Assembly (NCBI RefSeq): GCF_009914755.1
Contig: NC_060936.1
Direction: 5' to 3' (one strand)
Source of the DNA: the human T2T-CHM13v2.0 reference genome, Homo sapiens
Length of the DNA: 64,000 nucleotides
Position numbers and translations under genes: made by a program. Position 1 is the first letter of the stretch; each line of letters starts with the position of its first letter. Of this stretch, positions 12,303 through 24,397 are shown in pieces. Under the pieces are notes generated by a model that saw only the letters and a program-made list of their open reading frames with translations, was not told the DNA's origin and searched no databases.

Positions 12303-13668
12303 ACTTGGCTCTCAGTTTGGACATTGTTGGTGTACAGAAATGCTTCTGATTTTTGTACATTGATTTTGTATCCTGAAACTTTGCTGAAGTTGTTTATCAG
12401 ATCTAGGAGCTTTTAGGCTGAGACTATGGGGAACACAACGGAGTTCACAGTATGCACAAAAATAATAAAATACCTAGGAATACAGCTAAACAGGGAGATG
12501 AAAGATTTCTACAATGAAAGTTATGAAACACTGCTCAAAGAAATCAGAGATTACACAGACAAATGGGAAAACATTCCATGCTTGTGGACAGGAAGAATCA
12601 ATAATACTGCCCAAAGCAATTTACAGATTTATTGCTATTCCTATCAAACTAACAACGATACTCTTCACAAAAATAGAAAAAAAAAACTATTTAAAAATTC
12701 ATATGGAACCAAAAAAGAGCTTGAATAGCCAAGGCAACCCTAAGCAAAAAGAACAAAGTTGGAGGCATCACATTACCCAACCTCAAACTGTATTATAAGC
12801 GTACAGTAATTAAAACATGGGACTGGTACAAAAACAGACACATAGACCAACAGAACAGAACAGAACCCAGAAATAACGCCAAATACCTACAAACATCTGT
12901 ACTTCAACAAAGTTGACAAAAACAAGCAGTGGGGAAAGGTGCTTCAATAAATGGTGCTGGGATAACTGGCTAGCCACATGTAGAAGACTGAAACCGGAGC
13001 CCTTCCTTATAGCATATACAGAAATCAACTCAAGATGAATTAAAGACTTAAATGTAAAACCTAAAACTATAAAAACTCTGGACAATAACCTAGGAAATAC
13101 CATTCTGGACACAAGCCCTGGCAAAGATTTTATAACAAAGATGCCACAAGCAATTGCAACAAAAACAAAAACTGACAAGTGGGACCTAACTAAAGAGCTT
13201 CTTCTGCACAGCAAAAGAAACTATCAACAGAGTAACCACACAACCTACAGAATAGTGGAAAATATTATATTTGCGAACTATCTATCTAGCAAAAGTCTAA
13301 TATCTGGAATCTATAAGGAACTTAAACAAATTTAAAAGCAGAAAACAAGAAACTCCGTTAAAAAGTGGGCAAAGGACACAAACAGACACTTTTCAAGAGA
13401 AGACATATACACAGAGCCAACAAGCATATGGGAAAATGCTCAACATCCCTAAACATTAGAGAAATGAAAATCAAAACGGCAATGGGATACCATCTCATAT
13501 TAAAAGGGCCAACTATGTTAATAGGGCTACTATTAAAAGTGCCAAAAATAACAGATGCTGGAGGTGTTGCAGAGAAAAGGGAACACTTATACACTACTGG
13601 TGGGAGTGCAAATGAATTCAACCGTTGTGGAAAGCAGTGTGGTGATTCCTCAAGGACCTAAAAGTAGA
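12303..13668 (+). mobile_element. Older primate L1 (L1PA13-16/L1PB-like) ORF2 fragment with inverted 5' piece (about 12303-12431 antisense) and no 3'UTR or poly(A)
   Basis: ORF2 peptides include KIIKYLGIQLNREMKDFYNESYETLLKEIRDYTDKWENIPC and ILPKAIYRFIAIPIKL. It is flanked by the direct repeat ACTTATTTTG (12293-12302, 13669-13678). Confidence 0.85.
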
Positions 13669-13731
13669 ACTTATTTTGCTGTCTTTTTCTTTTATGGCTT
13701 AAAATCTTCAACTTATAGTCTGTATTATAGC

Positions 13732-15043
13732 AATTGTAAGTATTATTGTCTTCTTCTTATTTCATCGAGGTGCACTTTAGATTTAAGCCATTTCATATGT
13801 TTCATGTTTGCTGATGGTTTCTGATGAATACTCTTCTTTATGTCAAATATTATAGTAAAAGAGATTTAATACTAACATAGATGAATCACAGTTTAGGCAT
13901 CTTCAGGTGAAAGACAAACCTCAGCAAAATTATAAATGGTATATTTTAAGTTCAATGCAAAGTTATCAAACAGAAAGCCTAATATAAGTATAAAGCTATT
14001 AGAATTATGTGAAATACATGTAAACACTTCCTTTTGCTCTTTTGTTTATAACTTGTTTAAGTAATTGTTGAAGAATATTTTGAAAAGTGTTTCTTATTTT
14101 ATTGTATTTTTATAAAAAGATGTATCCTCTATCTGTTAATACATTGAAAATGTATTAAAGTTTTATTTGTGGGCTATTATATATTCAGATTTTGTGTCTG
14201 TTCTATAAACATAGTACAATAACATGTACATGCAGTTATAGATTGAGCTTGTTGAGTTTTTCTATTAAAATTGTTCATGTCTTTCTCCTCCTCTATCCCA
14301 CTGGTTGAATTGTCAATGCTCAGGAAAACATCTTAAAATTTTCTATTATGTTTATTGATTTAGCAATTTCTCTGTTTATTTCTAAAGTGTTTTGTTTTGT
14401 TTATGTCTTGTCCTGCTGATTATCTTGATGGGTTGCCCTATTATTAAAATTATTCATCTTTTTACCATTTAAGCTTTTGTCCTTAAATGACATTATATCA
14501 AATTGAAAATTAATAACCATTTTTTTTGCCTATCATTTATTTTCAAGTCACATTTTGCCATTTTGCTTTAGGTGTGTTTCTCCTTGGCAGATTTTACAGT
14601 TTGTATTTGTTTAGTCAAAACTGAGTCTTTGTCTTTGAATACCATATTATTTACCCACTCTTTTTCATAGGTGATGTAGTTGATTTCATTTCTTTGATAA
14701 CAGGTATTTGTTCCCATATTTTAAAATGCACTATAAACATATTATTTATTTATTTTTTCTTTCCTGGGAAAATATTGGCTGATTGATCGGGTTTTCTAAA
14801 GTTCTATTTATCTCTACAAATATTACTGCTCACAAACACAGTATTCTCTTCTATTTGGGATTAACCAAAATTTTGAATATACAATTATAATATAGAATTG
14901 TAAGTGTTATTGTCTTGTTCTTAATTTCATTCAGGGGCACTTTAGATTTTAGCCATTTCATAGAATGTTTGCTGATAGCTTCTAAGGAATTATCTGTTTA
15001 TGTCAAATATTATGTTAAAAGAGATTTAGTACTAACATATATG
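13732..15043. repeat. Diverged direct repeat pair of about 150 bp (13732-13883 and 14896-15043)
   Basis: Both copies share aattgtaagt.ttattgtctt.ttctta.tttcat..gcactttagattt.agccatttcata..atgtttgctgat..tttatgtcaaatattat..taaaagagattta.tactaacata.atga. Confidence 0.9.
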
Positions 15044-17667
15044 ATGGTACTAAACATATTTTTCATGCCATATTCATAAAGTTTATGCATATATTCATTT
15101 AAAAACTTTATAAATTTATATTTATCATAAACACTATTTCTCATACTCAGTGTATTCTACCTTGAGATATTTCATCTTATTTAATTTTCATTTGGGTGGA
15201 GCAGGTCTTCTAGTAATTATCACCCAGAAAATTCAGGAGTGATATACTTTCTGAATAATTTTACATTATGTTGTACCTACTTTTAGCCCTTAAATATGTA
15301 TGATATATTGGTTGAGTGTAAATATTAATGTTGCAGTACTTTTCTCTCATGTTTCTGTAAATATTCTTTACTTTTTTCTAGATTCTAATACCGCAATGAG
15401 AAGTCTAATACCAGTCTATGTATTTTTTCCAGAGTGACAGGTTTAGTTCAAGGCTAGCAATTCTTTTGTGACCATATATACCTCTAAACAATGACAATTT
15501 ACTCACACTCTTTCTTGAAAACCCAAAGCCACAGTGAGCTTGGACTTCTTCTCCAGATTCATTAGTTAATTCACAGTTTAACTATAATTTTTTAATACTT
15601 TTTTTTGTTTGTTTAGAAAGGTAGGAGGATAAGGAATAATGAGCACATGCTTGGGCTACCTTCCTAGATTCTTTCTAAAGTATATTTTTAAAAATCCTGA
15701 CAGCCAAAACCAATTGTTTAATTTACCATTTAAGAAGAATAATTTAGAAGAAAACAAAACTCAATTTATTTACTTGTAATGATTTATATAAAAAATTAAA
15801 CATGTAGTTTTATCTTCCCTTTTCCTGTAAAATGTCACATAATGTACCAAGTGAAATGAGAAAACAATAAAAATGTTAAAAACTGAAAGGAAAGAATCTG
15901 AAATACGTTGAACTGCCCACACAAGAAATATTCTAATTCTTGGAGCTTCAGTAGAAATATTTTAAAATAAAAAAATGTTGCCTTGGACATTTCTTTAAAA
16001 AATGAATTTATTAGGAAGGAAAGAATAAAAGCAGTATCCTTGAATAATAACAACTTCCTAAGATTTGAGTAAATGAGGCAGAAACACAAAACCTCAATGT
16101 ATAATTGTCAACATTTCATAACATGAATATTGTGATGGGCTGTTAACCATTTTCCCCCCACTGGCCTCAGATATTAACATTACCATGAGAATACTTAGGA
16201 TATTTTTTGTTTTTTATGAAGCATTAATGCACTTTGATATCACTAGCCAAATACAAAAGAAAGCAGAGCATAAAGTGGCTAACAGGAGGATTAAAAGCAG
16301 AGCATAAAGTGGCTACTCAGGCAGGAGGAATTTAAATACCAATGTCAGCATCTAGAGAATATTAGATTTTTGTTCTGAAATGGCTGAAAGTCTCAGGCAA
16401 ATAATAAACAGCAAACTCAGAGAAATGCTGAGGGATTGAAAGTCATAGCTTTATAATACCTCTTTTATTTTATGCTATTCTATTGAAAAGTGACTTAAAT
16501 ATAGAATTTCAGAAGAAAATAAAAATGATGCTCCTTGATACAAAGGTATGTTTCTGTATATCTCTTAACTCGATGGAGAGCCCTTGAAGTATATCATAAC
16601 ATCTCTGTATTAACAGAAGCTTCACATAACCTGCAAGTTCCTGCCTCTGGCATTCACCAGAGACACAAAGACATTACGAGAGGAAAGCTACCCTTCCCTT
16701 TATCTAATAACAGTTCCCTTGAGAGAATCCCAAAGGCACTAAGGCATGCTTTCTAGTATCACAGGAAGAACCAGAAATTGCCTTTCCTTTTCTTTTTTAA
16801 CTCCATTCTCTGCAACAATAACTAAGTATAGTTTTTCTCTTGTCACCCTAAAGTAACCTTTGGCCCTTCAGTCTTCTCTGATATACGACAGGACAAAAAT
16901 ACCTACAAAAATGTCAAGTGACCTTTTGTTTTTCATTGCAGATCAGAATTCTCTCAAATAATCACACAGCTACCTCATGCTCAAACAGAAATTAGTGATG
17001 GTTAGCTACAAGCAAAATTTTTAAAATTGCCAGTTGACATGCAGAAGCAATCATGGCCTTATAGCATACTTCATTCTCAACATGTTTGATTAAGTAATAA
17101 TATTTATATATCTTGGAAGGAGCTGGAAGAAAGGTGGAGATAAATTACTATTATCCTGTTGTTCTATTTATCCTAGTTATTTATATAAATTACTATATTA
17201 CCCTATTGTTTTAAATTACTATTATCCTATTGTTTATCTGAGGCCCAGAGGGTTTAAGGCATTTATTTCACAAGAACACAGTTATAATTAGTGATCTAAA
17301 ACACTAAAAAAAGACGCTAAAATATTATATTATTAACATTGGAAATATGAATATGCAAAATATGTGTGCCCCAGGGAAATTTAGTACTTAGATTTAGTGC
17401 TAAAATTTCAACTAAATTCTCAATTAACTCTGTTTTTCATTTATTTCTGAGTTCCAAGAGGACGCTGGATCTTAACTTTAACCTTAACCATTATTCTCAA
17501 GCATCTAGACCCATCGTCTCTTTATCATTATATTTAATTTAACTGACACTTAAGTGCCTGCAGGGCATAGGCCTCTAAAGAGTTATGACAAGAACACACA
17601 GTATCTAGGAGGCATATGACGGTTCCTTTAACTCATCATTTAAAGCCATCCCTCCAATCACCCTCTT

Positions 17668-17870
17668 TTTTTTATTATTATACTTTAAGTTCTAAGGTAC
17701 ATGTGCAGAACGTGCAGGTTTGTTACATACGTATACATGTGCCATGGTGGTTTGCTTCTCCCATCAACCGGTCATCTACATTAGGTATTTCTCCTAATGC
17801 TATCCTTCCCCTAGCTCCCCACCCCTTGACAGACCCCTGTGTGTGATATTCTCCTCCCTGTGTCCATGTG
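17668..17870 (-). mobile_element. Short 5'-truncated L1PA 3' end (about 200 bp)
   Basis: tttattattatactttaagttctaaggtacatgtgcagaacgtgcagg is an L1PA 3' terminus. A perfect 14-bp TSD CCAATCACCCTCTT is at 17654-17667 and 17871-17884. Confidence 0.93.
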
Positions 17871-18255
17871 CCAATCACCCTCTTAACCTCACTGAAACTT
17901 TGTCTCTATTCATACTTTTATCTATCTACCATATAATGTCAGAAAGAAATGAATATGTCCTTCTTTCAAAGCTGACCCTGAGCTTTCATCTGTTCCCCTT
18001 CAAAACATCACTTCCCTTATTACTAAATCTTCTTTCGAATTTTATCACTATGTTCCTTTCTACTGACTCTTTCCACTCTGACATCATACAGCTAAAGTTC
18101 TCATATTTTTAAAAATTATTTTACTTTCTTGATTCTGCATAAGCAACTTTCTCTCTTAACCCAGGATTCTATCTAATACTTTGACAGTATGCTTTCAGTA
18201 AGCATTCCTAAATGCTTATGTAAGTTATTCATAGCCCTTAAAAGGCCCTTTTAAA

Positions 18256-18581
<326 letters not shown>

Positions 18582-19769
18582 AAGGCCCTTTTAAATTACT
18601 CTTATTTACCTGGGAAACGTTTCATGTTTTCTCATTCTACAAATAGGTCACCTCCTTAAATGTAGTCTTAAATTCCTTGGGCAAACTTAGTTGCTACTAT
18701 TTCTGTGCTTCTTCAATATGCTATAAATTTTACATTTCTTGCATATTCTTGTAATTATTAGTTTACTTTTATGTCTTACTCATAGACACTGAAGTTTCAC
18801 ACGTATTCAATGTATTTATTTCAAATTGCAAGGTGAATAGGATATTGCCAGATTTAGAGATTGTGTAAAATATGTTCAATGAGGGAAATGAAAAAGGGGA
18901 AAACAGGTAATGTGTTGATGCAAGTGAGAGTTCAATGAAATATTGTGTGAATCATGGAAGGACAGAAGAATTGAGCAATGTTATATGTACAAAACTAAGG
19001 GAGAGAAAATAAGGTTGTAAAATTACACTGAAAAAGAGGATCTTGAAGATATTGGCCAAAAAAAGGAACTGTAATCTTGGCATGCCACGATTTTTGTTCC
19101 AAAAAATTGACAGAAAAGATCAGTAAATAAATTATTTTTAAATATTCTCAAATGGGTGGAAAGGAAGTTGTCATGCATAAATTATCCCCAATTGAAAGTA
19201 AACTTGACAAAAACTGTTGTATCTTCGTAAATGCCATGTATATGTTATAATAATATTGATAGATGTGAATATGTATACATATGCCTTATACACTGCTAAA
19301 TATTTTATATACTATTTTAAAAGACAAAAGTATATCCCAGAATTAAGCTATTCACCTAATGTACTGGCAGATATCCTAATCTTTTTAAATCTCTTTTATT
19401 ATTAAAAATAGGATTACACGAAGCCTGCTGCTCAGATGAATTTTACAAAGATATGTTTTCATTAAAACTAGTTTTTGTAAGTATCTGTCTTCTTTTCTTT
19501 CTTTTATTTCTCCTGAGTATGAGGCCTTGAAATTTGTGATTGCTGTTTTTTTGCTTGGTATCATCTTATGCCCTTTGCCCCTGTGAGGAATGATGTGGAT
19601 TTATTCTTCTTAAAAAGACTCAATTAGCACACTGTCTCTGAATCCTTCTAACTTTCCTTGTACATTAAGTTATAGATTAAAGGATTACAGAGCCAATTCT
19701 TCCTTTAGAAAGAGACAAGAGTAGAGGCCAAGATAGCTGCTCACTGTCACAGCATTCACTCAGCAAAAG

Positions 19770-20110
19770 CTGTGGTGGCAGAGAATGTTAGCTATGTTCC
19801 CAATATCCATTCTCCCCTTCTTCCTTAGTTTCAGAAATCCAAGTTGAGGAGGTAGTGGCATTGTACTCAGATTTAAGAACAATACATTTTCTAGATTTAC
19901 ATACTGATATAAATGATGTATGTTTAAGTTTTGACTAATGAGATGTAAGTTGAAGTTGTTGGTTGCACCTTTGGGAAAAACTTTATAAAGAGACTTGATG
20001 ACTAGCGCATGCTCTTCACATGAACAATGCTTGGAGATCCAGGAGTTATCTTGAAAGAATGAGGAAAAATGCCCTACTTTAAAGTATATATACTCCCAGA
20101 TATTAATACA
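19770..20110. mobile_element. Ancient MLT1-type (MaLR) LTR relic
   Basis: The motifs tgtggtggcagag..caatatccattctccccttcttccttagt..cagaa and gactaatgagatgtaagttgaagtt resemble old MLT1 LTRs. It is highly degraded. Confidence 0.45.
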
Positions 20111-21200
20111 GTCCAATTAATATTTTTAAAATTAATTAAAATATTTTTGTCTGGTATGGTTCTGAATGCATATTTAAGTACATTTTGTTATCTTATTTTT
20201 TATTTGAAAGGATGCTTTCTAATTGCTTTTTACAATTATGGACAATATTTACCTGGTTTTGGAATCTTTATTCTTTGAACATATTTCCTTTTATTAGCAA
20301 CTACTTTAAAATGCTTAAATGAGTTTTTAATGCATTATTTAGGCATGATTGCATTTTATTCTAGGGGCTACCTATCTACTCATGCTTTATGCATGCTTTT
20401 AGCTTTCCTTTTCTTTTTGAGTAGAGAGGACTATTTTCTTTTTTTTTTTTCCTTCTTGTAAGGAATATTGGAACTCGTTGGCAACTTCTTTTTACTACTT
20501 CTCTCCCTCTCCATATCATCTAATTTGAAGTAATGTCCTACTCCTATTCAATTCCTGTAAATCAAACATTAAGCTTATTCTACTTTACTTATATTCATCT
20601 CCTGTGATTTTTGATATTTGTGTTCATCGTGTCAGAATATACAATCATTCCATTTTATATTGACTATTACTTAGTCTTAAAATATAGGCAAATACATATT
20701 TAATTATTATCAACACTGCTTACATTGATATTTCTCTAATCCTTTGGTTGCCTAAAGGGTAGAGCTCATTAGAACAATATTTCTGAAATTCTCCATGTTT
20801 ATAGCAGTTTGTCTGTCACCTATATACTTGAATCAACTTTGGCTAGTTACAAAATTCTTGGCTTATATTTTATATCCCTTGTTATCTAAAATATATTACT
20901 CCATTGTTTCTGGCAAAAAGAAATGTTTGCTGTCAAAGATTTAGTAGCAGTCTCTGTTTTCCTTATAAGTATTTCATCATTTTTGCCTTAATGCCTTTTT
21001 AAAAATTCTCTTAAGTTCAGTAGTCTTACTAGAACTGGTGTTATTTCTGGCCATTATAGGTCACATACATGGCATGACCTATCAATATGTAGTTTCTTAT
21101 TTCAGATTTTTAAACATTTATTTATATTTGTTTTGCTCCTTTACTTTGGTATTCTTCTATTACTTGCCTATCTTCTATATTTTTTACTTCTTGAATTAAC

Positions 21201-21232
21201 TCCTCCCCTCCCCTCCCCTCCCCTTCCCTTCC
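21201..21232. repeat. (CCCCT)n polypyrimidine tract
   Basis: tcctcccctcccctcccctccccttcccttcc. Confidence 0.85.
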
Positions 21233-23083
21233 TTTTTTTTCTTTCTTTCATATTAAAAAAATCCCCATTCCATCTTCTAATTATCTTAATTGGTTGTCTG
21301 TTGTTTTAAGTCACTCTTGTGTTTCTTCAAGTTTTACCTTCACTTGTGAAATATTTTTCTAAAATAATTTGTTTTGGATTACTTTTTTTTCCTCGAATCT
21401 TTTTTTTATGATCAATTTGTCATTGAGTTTTTCTAATTCTGATTTACGTTGTTCTTTTATATCCTCTATCACTTTTTACATTTAGTTACTTGAAAAGTAG
21501 AGGGTTTTATTTTTCCTGCTGTTGGGATGCTATTCTGTTCCTTATTCTCTTTTCTTTATAATAATGTCATAACAATACGACTAAAATCCTTGTAAAGTTC
21601 TATTACCCTAGTTTATCTGTAGAGGGGATTCTTCCACCTAAATCCCATATAATATATTTGTGGTTGTCTCAGTACCTGCAATCATCTGTTTGCAATGCTG
21701 ATTTCCCTGTCTTCTCAGCCTCTTTGTCTTTTTTAATATCTCGGACTTAGTTCATTTCTTTTGCTACTTTTCCAATTTATATACTATACATATGTTGTAG
21801 GTTCATATTTCTTCAGAACTGTATGTCCATGAAGCATACATTCATCTACCAGCCCTTATAAAACCAAACTGTGAGCTTTCTTTCAAGTTCGAGTATATTA
21901 TAATATATTATCTCCAGCTGGCATGTTTGCATACAATCTTGGTCTCAAAATTTCATCATTTTAAATTGTTTTGTCACTAAATAAGTCCTGATTCAACAGT
22001 CTGTTGCTATAAAGAGTGTTGTAGCTTATTGTGAATATTTAATTTAAGTGTTGTATTGCAAGAACCATTGATAAGAGGAAAGTTGTAAGGAGAAAAATAA
22101 CATATGTTAACTTTTGTAGAAAATAATTTGGCTTGAATTGATCACTTGTTTGCCAGAAAGGCACCACATTGACTTTAGAATAACAATGAAATTGGCATCC
22201 TTGCTATAATCCTGGATACTAAAATAACATGTTGATTAATTACTGGTATCAACATTTCTTCTGGACATTACTCTTTTCAATATCACATTTTTAGTTTGCT
22301 TAATATAAATAGTTATGACATAAAAATACTCCATTTGCAAAGTTTTTGGAAGATTTCCATAGAAATATACTGGAAATTACCATAAGACCAGAGAGTATAC
22401 ATCTTTGAAACTTGCCATGGATTTAGAAATTTCATTATATTTCAGCATTTGCTTATCAGAGTTATTTAGTATGTATTGAGGAAAGAAACTACATAGGTGT
22501 GTTTAAGTACTTTTAATTCATTTATAATTAGCCTATTATTTCCATTATTACAAGTAATTTTATGATAAATTTTATTCAAACTAATTTCTACAACAATGGA
22601 AAGCCCCACGTACCTATTAAGTAAGAAATATTCTCTACCTTGAAATGCTTGTGTTATATATGCTACTACTGCATCTTCCCCTGAAAAAACCTTTTAGCTT
22701 TTCAACCAGCTAATGTCTCATTTCCAAGATAATGCTAATGAGAATTTTAGTAAAATAGAGGGTAGCAACCTGTCATTTGACACTCATCCTGAAGGAAGGA
22801 ACACCTGCCTGAATTACATTTAGTATCAGTTAATAGAGTCTTTCTCTACACTTTTCAAATGGCTCTATGTTTAGAAAAACATTTCCTAAGAGAAGCATTT
22901 CCTGTACTCAAGTCATATTATATGTAATACATAAATTATAATTTACAGTGTTTACTAAAAGATGACAATGTTCCTATGAAAAAGTTAAAATGATTACAGT
23001 TTATTGTCCTTCATCCTCCTGCTATGTGGCCTCTCAGCAATTTTTCCTTTTTTATCCTTTAATACTGGAATATGTATTTTCAA

Positions 23084-23129
23084 GGTAATTTGTTATTTTG
23101 TTTCTTGGTAATTTGTTATTTTGTTTCTT
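23084..23129. repeat. Perfect 23-bp tandem duplication
   Basis: GGTAATTTGTTATTTTGTTTCTT occurs twice in tandem. Confidence 0.95.
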
Positions 23130-24181
23130 TTTGCTATCAGTTATGAATCTGTCTGAAATGATTTGGCCACATACTATGAGAAAAGTTTTGATGCAACTAC
23201 CTGTAAATTTACATTAAGTTGGAACCATTGAGGCATGTGTGACTGAGTGCCAATGAGACATATGCTGGCACCATCATATATTGGCTTCTTTTTGTGCATT
23301 GTTTCATTTTGGTTCCCCTTGTTTCCACAGTGTGTGAATGGCTAGAAGGTAGAAACTATATATTAGATGCTTTTTGCAATCCTGCTATTTCTGCTACAGT
23401 TTTAGGTGACATATTAAGTAGTCAGTCCTCCTTAACCTCCTGTCCTTGATCACTAATTTCTCCATAACTAACATAGATCTTTTAAAAATATAAATGGAAT
23501 TTACTATGCATGTGTGTATGTGTGCACATACATAAAATATTTTGGTGCTTCTAAACTTATATATTGCATGTATTCTTCTGAATAACTTAAAATTATTGCA
23601 CATAATGTTTGTGAGAGCTGCATTTATATACTAAGCTAATTTTATTTTTCCCAAGTGAATAGCAATTTTCTATAATAATTATTTACCTTTTTCATAGACA
23701 ATGTCATGCCAACCTAAGAAAACTCAAATTGTAAAATATTCCATTCAATTACAGATAACCTTTCTTCTCACTTAAAACTACTTAGAATAGTTAGAAGAGA
23801 ATAGTTAGGCATTTATAGAAATTCTACCTTTTTAAAATAAATTGTATTATAATTCATTTATAATTTATATGAGTTTATATCAGAATTCTCTAATTATTTT
23901 TAAAATGTTTTATATATCTGTCTCAATAACTCCTTTATTTATTACATGTGGTGTGTTATATTTTTATGGTTTGAGCTTAGAAAAATTTATACAACTTTCC
24001 AAATTCCACCAGAAAGTGATTGCTCACCATTTTAAGATTTTTTGTCTGTCAGTGAAGATCGACATTTTCTTTTTTCATATAGAACTTTCATCTTTTCTTC
24101 TGAGAATTGTTCCTCACTATTTCATAGTTTGGCTGGATTCCATGGTTATTTTTATTCAAAACTTTTTGGTTATTAATTTCT

Positions 24182-24397
24182 TTCTTTTGGGGGGGGGCAA
24201 AAGAAGCTTTCTTTCTTTTTCTTTTTCTTTTTTATTTATTATACTATAAGTTCCGGGATACATGTGCAGAACGTGCAAATTCTACAAAGAACTTAAACAA
24301 ATTTACAAGAAAGAAACAAATAACTCCATCAGAAAGTGAGCAAAGGATATAAACAGAAACTTCTCAAAAGAAGACATTTATGCAGCCAACAGACATA
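24182..24397 (-). mobile_element. Miniature 5'-inverted L1PA insertion (tail and 3' terminus on minus to about 24278; about 120 bp of ORF2 in plus orientation, 24279-24397)
   Basis: tttattatactataagttccgggatacatgtgcagaacgtgca is joined to tctacaaagaacttaaacaaatttacaagaaa...gcagccaacagacata. A 15-bp TSD TGGTTATTAATTTCT is at 24167-24181 and 24398-24412. Confidence 0.9.

Noticed and set aside
23842-24249. 135-aa hydrophobic ORF and similar F/L/I-rich ORFs
   Set aside because: These are a compositional artefact of T-rich antisense L1 DNA, and this one runs into an L1 tail.
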